64,000 nucleotides of DNA from a virus (taxonomy: Duplodnaviria; Caudoviricetes). The DNA lies in IMG/VR virus record IMGVR_UViG_3300017721_001026, positions 1 to 64,000 of that record; one strand, given 5' to 3'. Every line of letters starts with the position of its first letter. Positions within the stretch are counted from its first letter, which is position 1. Position numbers and translations under genes: made by a program. Below the pieces are notes generated by a model. The model ran no database searches and was not told the origin of the DNA. It saw nothing but the letters and a program-made list of their open reading frames with translations. Of the stretch, positions 48,253 through 60,200 are shown piece after piece.

Positions 48253-51200
48253 TCAATATTGAGTATATAGTTTACTTCTCAGATGGAATGTTCTACGAAC
48301 AAATGGTGAAGTAGAAATGCCAGCAACACCACTTTCATGATAAGATGTAAACTCTAGAGGTTCTTTTCTACTCTTAGTTGGGTGCCAGTTAATTCTTCCC
48401 CAAGAGAAGTTTCCAAAGTAACCATTATCTTCACCATCATTATCAAGAGTTAATATTGTTGAATCAAAAGTTTCTTGATCATTATCAAACGTACCAAGAT
48501 TTTCTGCAAGATCAATAGGACTTTCTACTAAAGTAGTAATCTTAACGATATTAGTTACTCCAATTCCTGGAATAGACTCTGTAGTTCTGTCAATATCATA
48601 AACTTGGAAGATATTGTTGAACTTATCAGTAGAAATACTAAGTGTACTTCCATCATTATAGAATGCAGTTATACCATTACCAACATTGGTTCTGGAGGCA
48701 GTAAAGTAATAACTTGTTACCAGACCAGTAATACCTTCAGTTGTAATTCCACCAGGGTTAATACCAAGATCTCTGATGAAAGAATCTCTTGGAATGTGTA
48801 GACTTAGTTCTAGTGCAGTTGAACCAACACCAACAGTTGTATTTGCAACAGAAACAATGCTTCCATAATCACCATTATATTCAACCTGTCTAATAGGTTC
48901 AATATACACTTTTGGTGGTTCAACATTCACAGATGGTAATTGAGTTCCAGTGTATCCCAAACCACTATTTGTAACTGTAACAGTATTGATAGATCCATTA
49001 GAAATCGTACAAGTTGCAGTTGCTTGAGTGCCACCAGATGATGGTGGTCCAACTGAAATTTGTGGTGCAAAGGTATACCCAGTTCCAACATTTGCAATTG
49101 TAATGATGGTAATGGATCCTATACCAGAAACAACGGCACTCACAATTCCAGTTCTTGCTTCATCTTGAGAAACAATTTGAATCTGACCAAGTTTCTTGCT
49201 TGCTAGATTTTCTTTGTTATTATCAAAGAATGTAGAAGTTGCTTCCACCCAAGCAACCGTAGTATCGACACCAACTGGTTGGATTAGATTTGTTGTTGGG
49301 AAAATATATGGTTCATACAATGTTCTATCTTTTCCTACATATTCACCATTAATAAAGAGATCTTCAGTCTGCTTACATGCCATCAAAGGACGTTCAATTG
49401 TTTCATCATTTAATCTTCCAATACCACTATATGGATTTGTGAGGATAATATCAGAAGATAGAATATCTTCTACGGTTCTCTTATTCTCAGTTTGGAACGC
49501 AACATCAGACATAATTTTAACTTTATCACCAACCTCAATAGGTTCTACGATATCAACTTCCTCAACGTCAACATCTCTAGTTCCTCTATAGAAAAGAATT
49601 CTAGAAGTATACTCTTCAGGAATTGGTTCTGCAAAGATAATCAAACTACCACCTTTGAAAGTATATGCTTGATTTGGAATCTGTAGAACGTCATTAATAA
49701 AGATCAATAGTGTTGCGGAGACATCAATTTGACTTCCAGGTCTTGCTCTAATTGATAATCTATCACCCTGGAAAGAGATTGGGAATACTCTTGTAATACC
49801 GTTAAATTGATCATCTAGACTATCTAATTGTTGGAGTTGTCCAAGTGACCAAGAATTAAATTCATCACTATGTGTTTCATTTACAGTGATTTGGAATTCT
49901 TCAAATGTCTTAGATGTATCGGTCGGAATACCAGTAGATCCACCAATCGCAACAGTTAGAATTTCACCCTGACCATAGGCATATCCATTATTGTTGAACT
50001 TAAATTCACCAATAGTAGTATCTCTACTAACGAACATGTCAATAGATGCAGTTCTTCCAATACCTTCGTTTGGAGAATCACTAGAATAAATTAGAGGAAT
50101 ATCAGTGTAACTCAATGGTGAATCGAATCTAATTAGTGGTGGATTTGTGCTTGTATATGCAGTTCCTGCATTAGTAATTGCAACTCCAGTTATATGACCA
50201 TTTAAAGCAGTTGCATAACCAATAATGGAAACATCAGATGGGGTCTGTGCAAGAACATTAATGTGAGTCTGAATTCCAGGTCTATAACCAGATCCACTGT
50301 TGGCAATGCTAACAGCAGTAATAGATCCAAGTCCAGAGATTGTTGCAGTAGCACCTGCAGCAACTAAAGGTTGATAAGCAAGACCAGTAGTAGATCCAAT
50401 ATTTACAATTACACCACCGACAGGTAGATTTGGAACATTAATATCTTGACCATCTGTTGCAGTGAAATCATCAGATGAAATAGATCCATCAAATAGAATC
50501 TTAGTTTTTCCACCGACTTCTACAAACTCATAATTACCTGAAATTGAGGATACACCAGGTCTTGTTGGTTGTTGGAAGATGTCCTTAACAAGAACAACTG
50601 CATTGTCTGTAGAAAGACCAACCACATCTTGACCATTAAATTTCATATCGAATGAAGTTCTGATACCAGTAAACTTGGTAGAGATATCATCAAAGATATA
50701 GTTCTTGGTGTAGGTCTCCTCAGATTCATCAACAATTCCAGACCTCATAAATGTTCTTCCATGGAAGTATGAGTTAGTTGTAATCCCAGTGTAATCTCTC
50801 TCAGAAGGATCTACAAATGGAACACCATACTGATTTACATCCACTGTGATAGGTACTTTACCATATGGTGCAGATGTAAAGTTGATTACAGATCCAACAA
50901 TCTTATAATCACCTTTCAGTTTAGTTACTAGGGCACCAGCAGTGTGGATACCAAGTTCAGTTCCCAACCAAGGTCTTCTGACTCTTATTTTGTCTTGAGT
51001 TCCAACACCAACAGTTTCGATCAACATTACTTCATCATCAATCTGAATAACATCAGCAGCGAAGAATGATGTTATTCCTACAGTGTTGATTAATGTCAAA
51101 TCTAGACTAACATCTTCAACAACAGATGTTGTGACTGCCAATCCAACAACTGGAGATTGCATCATATTATCAATTGTAAAGATACCTTTAGCATCTTTAT

Positions 51201-54200
51201 TGGTTGCAGTAATCTTGTGTAGTGTTCCAACACCAACACTATTCAGAGTAAGTGTTACTGGGTTAAACTTGAGAGCATTTTCTGCGGAATCAGCAAACTT
51301 AATTTTACTATCATTAACCTTAACAACATATAGGTCAGTTGGTAATTTATCCGTAGTTCCAATTCCAACAATAGTTGTTGTATCAATACCAATTCTAATA
51401 TCATCTTCACTTGGAACTGTATAATTGACAAGTTCACCACTGACGAAGAAATGATTTGGTAGAATTAAGACATTCTCATCAGTAGAAACTGTTGTTCCTA
51501 ATGCTGAGGAGTCAAATGTTCTTTCAAAAATTAAATCACCTTGATGTCGTAATTCAAAACTTCTCTTAATATCATTTTGTGTCCCAGTATAGGTTCCATG
51601 CAATGTCGAGAACTTACCATTCTCATATTCGTAGTAATTTTCAGAAATTCCAAGATCAACTAATTGAAGTTGATGCGTGAACAAACGAACTTCAATTTCT
51701 CTAGTAAATCCAGGATCTGCAGGATATGGAACAAATTCTAGTCTTGCCTTTTTAGTAGATGGATCAACATAGGTGGTAAATGTTCCTAGACCAACGTCTT
51801 CAAAAATTCCACGATTACTAACTCTACCAAATTCTGTAATATAAGCATCAGTTTCATTATGAGTGAAGACCAATTCAGACATCTGAACAATATTATTAGT
51901 CATGTCTTCAATACTTACATAAGCATTAAATCCTTTATATGATGTATCAAATTCAAGTAATTGAATGGAAGTGTTAACTCCAGCAAATGGTGAAACTGAT
52001 GTAGTTGATCCAAGTCCAACAGTTGTTAATGTGGTATTAAACTGACTAGAACCAGTTCCAGTTCTAGATGTATCTGAAATTGCTACAACAGTGGAAGTAA
52101 CATCATAATTTGTTGATAATCCACTATTCGGTGTCAACTTAACTTCAAGGTCATTGCCATTATATTCAAATTGATATGTTCCAAGACCAAGAGAAACATC
52201 TTGACTAGCAAAGTTATCAGTTGCTAGAGTTGAGAACTCAATATTATGAATATCTGTGCCATCATGAACAATATTAAATTCATCATACTGGAAGTATTGT
52301 AAATCAGAACTTTCAAGAGTTACTAAGACTTTAGCAGATGTATAGGAAGAATCAATACCCACAATTTTTGTAGAAGTTGATGTTCCTTGAGGTAATAATG
52401 CAGTTTGAACTCCTGCGAATCCAATAGAATCACTATGCCCACTAATATAATGAGTTGCAACTCCACTAATAGAATCAGAAATTGTATATTGATATCCACT
52501 AATATTAAAATCAGTAAATTTGGGCTCAATTGGATAGAATAGAAGTAGTCCATTATCTTCAAATACACCAATATCAAAGTACCCGTGAATATCGTTAGTT
52601 TCAACTCTGCCATATTGTGTTATGAATCCGTAAATGTTATTATGAAGTACATTCACAATAATCATTTGTCTTTCACCAGGGAACTTCTTATTAGAAGTAA
52701 ACATCACATACTTTTTAGATCTGAATTTTCTTAAACTAAAAGTATCTACCATTGAGAAAGCAGTTGCTCTCGGATTACTATTAAATTCTTCACTTATATC
52801 ATCAACAATTAGAACTCTATTTCCAATGGACTCGAAATAATCAACTAAAATTAGTGAATTAAATCTGATTTCATCAGATATTTTATTAAGGATATTATTT
52901 TCGGTTACTAAGTCAATATCATGAACACAGTTCAAATCATAGTATGATGTAAAATCTGAAATACCTAAGAAACCAGAATTATTCTGATCTGCAGAGATTC
53001 CAGAACTATTAATTCCAATTTGATCGTCATTGTCAGAAATTACTTGAAGTTCACTAAACTTCTTAAATCCACCAGGGTGTGCTAGAGATTCTATTGGTTC
53101 TTTCCAACTACCAATTCCAACTTCGGATTTTAGTGAATATGAGAAGTATTGATAATAATCACTATCATGAAGTCTTTGAGTTTCTTCATTTAGATAACCC
53201 TTTCTATCATATGGTTTATATCTATCGGAATTTGAAGAATCATACACATAAGTCAGAGAAGTGATACCAACGACTTCTGTTAGAGTTCCACTTGATGCAG
53301 ATGTTTTTCCTCTGATAACATCACCAATATTATATCTTTCAGGGAAACTTGTGAATACTTTTAGTAGTTCATTTTTAATATCCCAAGAAACTACTAAGTC
53401 TTCAGAAACTCCGTTTGTAATAACTTCATTTTCAAAATACTTGTTTGCAATCCTATTTACTTTAAATGTTGGGAATAAACTTTCTGGAATAACTCTACCA
53501 GATGTGACCAAATCATTAAATACACCTGGTCCAGCAGTTGTCTTAACAAAATCACCCATATTAAATGTAAATGATGGTATTTGACCACCAATGTTTGGAT
53601 CTTGGGTTTTTACTGTAAATAATTTTTTATAACCATAATCTGAGGAGTTATATCCTTCATCGGTAGATGGAGATCTAGTTACAACACCCTCAATCATAAA
53701 TTGAGAACCGACAGGGAACGGCCAAGCAGTTATCGTACTAAATCCAACAACATCCAATGTAACTTCAACATCTTTAGTTCCACTATCATACTTCATGGTT
53801 AAAATTTTATAACCATTACTGTTATTGATTGGAAGTAGTCTTGGTTCTACATCATATAAGTTTTTGGTATTTTTAATAACCTGAACTTTAAACCCATCTT
53901 CATTTACATAACGTAAATCTACATCCTCAACAATTTTATTTGTATAACCATCAATAAGAACTAGATCTGGTAGAATTGTATATCTGGTTCCTTTCTCAAT
54001 AACATCAATGTTACCAATTGATGTTAGAGGGTCAATCTTATAGATTGTAGGTGTATATGCTCTAGGTCTTAATGTATTATCTGAAGGGAATTCAAATCCA
54101 ATGTCATCAATTTCAATATCTTTGGAAATACCAATAGTATTTGATCTTGGGAATACAATTGAATCAACACCAGATTCAGATTCTACCTTTTCAATTAGAG

Positions 54201-57200
54201 GTAGTTTTATCAAATTAGAACCTTTGGAAATAAATGATACTTCATTAATTGGTCCAGAAGCAGTCGTTGAAATTGTGGAATATGTTATTGTAGCAAGTCC
54301 AGCAACGTAACTATTTGAGTCTGGTGCATCAAACAATCGATATGAGAATGTTGTGTCTGTTGGTTTTCTTACATTAAAATTACCAGAAATGGGACTATCA
54401 ACAAACTCAACAATATTGAGATTATCAGTATCCAAAGAAATTAATGAGTAAGCTACTGGAACTTGTGCATTTTTTACTGGTTGTAAAATGTAATAAAGTT
54501 TTTGTGGGAAATGACCGTCATACTTTAAGTTTACTCTAGCAGTTAAGTCAACACCTAATCTGCCAGTTGTAGTTACACTAAAATCTCTACCTTTTTCCGA
54601 AGATAAAAATTCATGAGTTAATTCTTTGTCAGTAAAGAATTTGAGATTAAATGCAGAATATCTGATATTATTTCTTACATAAGAAAGACTAAAATCAGAT
54701 ACATCAAATACAAGTGTTTTATCTTTTACCAGTTTAATTGGTGGATTAACTACTAATAATCTACCAGTTGACTGATTTGTAATATTTACTATTCCACCAT
54801 TATTTGGTTCGAGTAGTTTAATGGTATTTTTATTAACAACATTAACTTTATAAACACCATTATTTGCCAATCCACCAGGAGGTGTAATTGATTCTAAAAT
54901 CAAACTTTGATTACTATTTAATCCATGGTTATTGATGGTGATGGTATTAAACTCAGCATTAATATCATCATGAACAAAATCAAATTTACCTACAGCAAAC
55001 TTATTATTTGTTTGGTTATAGAAAACTTGAAGTGTTTTTTCAATATTGGGACGACAGTCAGTGGTAATTTCATCGTCGAAGATTAAATTATGCTTTTCGG
55101 AAGTTGTAAAAGTTGCCTCATAAGTTGTTATGTCAACTCTCTTCACATCATCATATCGTGTAAAGAAACTATGATTGTCTCCTGAACCATGACTTGTAAA
55201 TGTTAGTAGTTCCGTAACACTTCCCAAACCAACAGGTCCAGTTGATCCAACACCAACAGGTCTAGAAGAGACTCCAACAAATCCATTGGGGAAAGGATAT
55301 GCATAATATGGTCTATCTTTAATTAGATTAAAGTTATCACCGAAAGACTCTACTGTTACTGGACCAGAAGTGTAATCATAATAAATTTTATCATTAACCT
55401 GTAATGTATTGTTTGGAATATAAATTCTATCTCCAGTAACAAATCTTGAAGCACTTCCTGCACCAGGATTCAAAATATCTAATGTAGATCCAATACCAAG
55501 ACCAACAGATTCTCTAGGATCAAAATAATACTGAGTATTGAAACGAGAACCAGATTCTGCAAAATCATTAATCAAGAATTTTCTTGTATACTCAGATAAT
55601 GCGGTTCCTACTGGATAACTAGTTCCAATTGTTCCATTTACCTCTCTTTGTACTCTAAGTCTAGAATTTTGAGTATCAATATTTAAAATTTTAATTTGCT
55701 CTTCAAAGTTTCCATACTCAATTTTATAGATGTCATTGGGAAGAATTTTAATAACGTTTTGAGTAGAATCCAACCCAAAAACATTCATATAAGTAACGAT
55801 ACCAGTTACTGAAGGAGTATCGATTACAGTACCAGTTCCAATTCCAGACAATTCTAAGTCTCTGGTTACTGCAATTAATTCCACACCAATTTCAGTCCCA
55901 CTGCTCAAATCATCGATTCTTCCTGGACCAGTATACTGATCATGTGGACCACTACAAATTGCAACCACATTTCTAGTTTGTGGATTGGAAACAATTTCAA
56001 CATTTACAATTGATGAAGTTGCTACAGAAACATTTGTTACACTTGTCCCACCAATACTAGAAATTCTAGCAAGTGGTCTTTTGGTATTTCCACCACTTTC
56101 ACTGAAAATAACTTTATCACCAACTTTAAAGTCTTTTCCTCCAGCAAATACTAAAAGATCATCAACTTTTCCAGGAGATACTGATTTAACTCTAGACTTA
56201 ACATCAATTACCGATGTTGGATTGAAAAGATACTTATATTGACCAAATTCTGTAGATACATTTTGTGGGGTAATATTTCTTAAAAGACCTTCAGTCTTAT
56301 AAGTTTTACTTGTCAAATCACTTTCTTCTGAGAAGAATGATGCTTGATTTATAGAGGAATTGAAATTAAATTCAATTGGTTTTGATTTAAATTTTTCACC
56401 AATAACATATGGATATTCTGGTAACTTAAAGTTTTTAAAGGAAGAATCATTATTACCAATAGTGGCAAAGTATGCATATACACCATTTGGATATTCTGGT
56501 GTTAAGCAAAATCTTCCATTAAATTGATCTAAATCACCATCACTAAACCATTCGTAATCGTTACAGAAAAATCCTAAAGGATAGATGGTAACTGATGGTC
56601 TATTTGCAATTGCTCTCTTCTTATAACCACTTTGCATTCTTTTAATACCACCACTTCCATCTGAATTTGTAAATCCATATGGACCGTAAATTGGATTACC
56701 ATCATATGCCCACCCTATAATAGGTGAGTGCAAGGTAGAATCAGTTTCCCTATTCAGATTATCTAAAACTAGATCTGGATTAAATGTAGTTCTACCATTT
56801 ACAACTTTCTTATTGTAAATATTTTGTCTTAATTTTCTTGGTGCATAACAATGACTATATTGAAGAAGACCATACTCATCAGCTTCTCTATTAGATATTG
56901 TCGAATCTTGATGTAAGAATCCATCATCATCATATATTTGATTACTATTAAGTGCTCGTTCTACTTCATTTACATTCCATCTTATAATTTTTGCTTTAAA
57001 TTTAGATCCTGCTCCCGCAGATACAACTTCTATCTCAGTAGAATCATTATAATCAGCACCACCATTTTTCACAATAACATCTTGTAGTCTCCCATCATTA
57101 TCAATAATTGGAATTAATTCAGCACCAAATCCATCACCATCAGTAAAAATCTGAACTGTTGGTGTGGAAACATATTTTTGTCCAGAATTCTGAATAATAA

Positions 57201-60200
57201 TTGATTTAATTTCACCATCAATGATAAATGGTTTTACTGAAGCAAGTTTGCCTGGTTCAGCAGTTATGTTTGGTTGTCTTTCATAGTTAAAGATATTTGT
57301 ACATCCATATCCAACACCATGACCTTCTAAGAATACTTCGGTAATCTCACCTCTTACAATTGGTAAAATCTGAGGTTGTATTGATTTGGTATCATTACTT
57401 GATGGTGTAATATTAATTTCGATATTTGGATATCTAAAATATTGCTTACCACTACCTTCTGTAGTCAGTTCAACAAAAGTTCTTTGATTGAAATAATAAT
57501 CTTTTGATAAAGTTCCAATACCGATAGATGATAATCTAAAGTTATTATTATCTACTCTAGAAACATAATAATCAGTTCCACTTGATAAACCTGCAATTGG
57601 TGTATTAGTTGACTCATATGTAATTAATTCACCACTGTTAAATCCATGATTTGGGAGATTAATAGTATTTGTATAGTAATTAATCGGTGAAGTAATCACT
57701 GATGGATCATATGAAACCTTTCTATATGTAAAATCATCGGATGAATAATTTACATTTAACCCCGAAAGTCTTTTCTTCTTCTTTACAGCATCAAATTTAT
57801 GGAATCCCTCTCCAAATTCGGTTAGATCAATTGCTTTAAGATTATTCTTAGCATCGATTTCTGAATTGTGAAGAGTAAATGAAGTATTGCCAACTATACC
57901 AACATAATAAATTGCTTTATTTTTTAAACCACCAATTTCTTGATCATTTAGTTCGCAGTTGTAAATAACTCTTTCACCAGGTGAAAATAAATGATCCTCA
58001 AGAGTAATAATTGTATCTGTAGATACTCCAACATTAAAACCACTACTGGAATCAATGGTTACACCATGAGTATAAGTTTCCATTATGGGTGAAACATCGC
58101 ATGATGTTCCATTTCCACCAGTTACTTTTACAGTAGGATCATTCAAATAATTATAACCACCACCAAGAACTTTAAGTTCTCGTATAGAACCCTGAACTAC
58201 AAAATTACCAGTCGCACCAATTCCTCCGTTATTAATTCCATCAGCATTTTCACCATCAAAGAATTCTAGTGCTGGAGGGTTTATAACATCATAATCCTCA
58301 CCACCAGATAAGATCTCTACAAATTCAATTCCACCATAATAGATATTATTTTTTGATTTATAGTTTAATAGTTCAACACCATTTCTAAAAATGCCAATTT
58401 TTCCAGGAACTGTTTCGACTGGATTTGACTGATCTACTGGTTGTTCAATTTTTTTAACCAATCGTTTTGATTTTAAGACAAATGGTTCAGATATGTTAAG
58501 TACTTTTTCAATGTCAAAGAAATCGGAATAATAGAAAATTGCATCAGTGACATTTCCAGTTAGGGAAAGGTAATCTTTTGTGTATACTCTGTTTAAACTA
58601 GTAGATAACTTAACGGTCTTACTATCTACTACAGTAACATAATATCTACCATTTGGTAATGGAATTAAATTTCCACTACTATCAAAAGTGTTTAATCTAT
58701 TACTATCATCATCTTCAGAATATATGATTGAATCCCCAGTATAGAAAGAATGATTTATTTCTGCAGTTGTTGGATTACTATCTTGCCCAACTTTAATTTC
58801 TTTATTTCCAGTTAAATCATTTGAGATATTTAAACTAAATTGAATTCTCTTATCATTTGTACTTAATCTAGAATTTCCATAATTTGGTAATGATGATGCA
58901 GCAATATACATCTCATCAGCAAAAGAATCTGGTCTGTAAATATTTTGAACATCTGTTACATAATTATTTGCTTCTGGGAAGAATATGAAATTTGCTTTAT
59001 TTAATTTTCTCTCAATTACAAATGACTTTGGAGCTGTTAAATCAACTAGAGATTCTGCTGTTATAATGTATTGATTAATACTTTCTCTTGCAGACACAAA
59101 AATATTATATGATGTATTATTGTTATCAATCAAGAAGAATTTGTCAAAAGAAGTTAAGTCAAAATTTCCGTCAACATCACATCTATATGTTTTATTGATT
59201 GAACTCAATAATTCTAAATTTGAAATATTATATGTACCAGTAGCATTATAGGTCCAATTATTGTATTTTCCAGTTCTTTCTCTCAATCCTAAAGTATTGA
59301 ACTTAATTGGATCACCTTGTTCAAAATATGAACTTTCATCTGGTTTAATACCACTTAAGACTTGAGTAACTCTAAAGTAATGTGTTTCTTCATCACTTAT
59401 ATCAATGTATGCATATCTTCTAGAAGATACTAAAGTTCCTCTAGGAATATCAAATTCTACATCAGATACTTCAAAAAATTCATTTACAGTTTTTCCTGAA
59501 TATGATAACTGTTCTACAATAAACTCATTATTAGCAACATTGTAGACATCAAGAGATCCACTATCCTCAAATGATAGTGTAGAATCTACCTGTAAAAATT
59601 CAGGCCATTCATCAGCAGTACCTACAAAATCTTCAATAACTTTTGTGGTTGCTGTAGTAACAAAGGTTCCAAAAACAGTACCGTCAACAGTAATATCTTT
59701 ATCATAGTCACCATCAAGACTTACGAGATAGTATCTTATACCATTTCTCTCAATTCTTTCGACGTTAGTGATGGTTCCATATGCAGTAAGTTCATCTGGA
59801 TCACTAATTGCGTCACTTTCTGGTTGCTTTAAAGTTCTATGTAAGATTATATCAGTAAAATCTGTTGTCTGATCATCAGAATATAAAACTAAGTCCCTAG
59901 TTTTTCTATTAGAAGAAGAACTTGGTTCAAAAACATAGTCTGATGGAATAATTACATCTACTGATTTATTATATAATGCTTTGAATAATATTTCAAATGA
60001 GTTTTTAGTTCCTTTAGATCTATAAAAATCACTAACATGCTTATAAAATAATCTTTCATTTACATCATAATTTAAAATTCTCTCCTCAAATCCTGGTGCA
60101 ATTTGAGACTTTAATTTTTTAAAGAACTCATCTAGGAATAATGCACTTAAGTTATGAACAATTGTTCCATCAAAATGCTCTCTCTTAGAAGTATTTTTGA

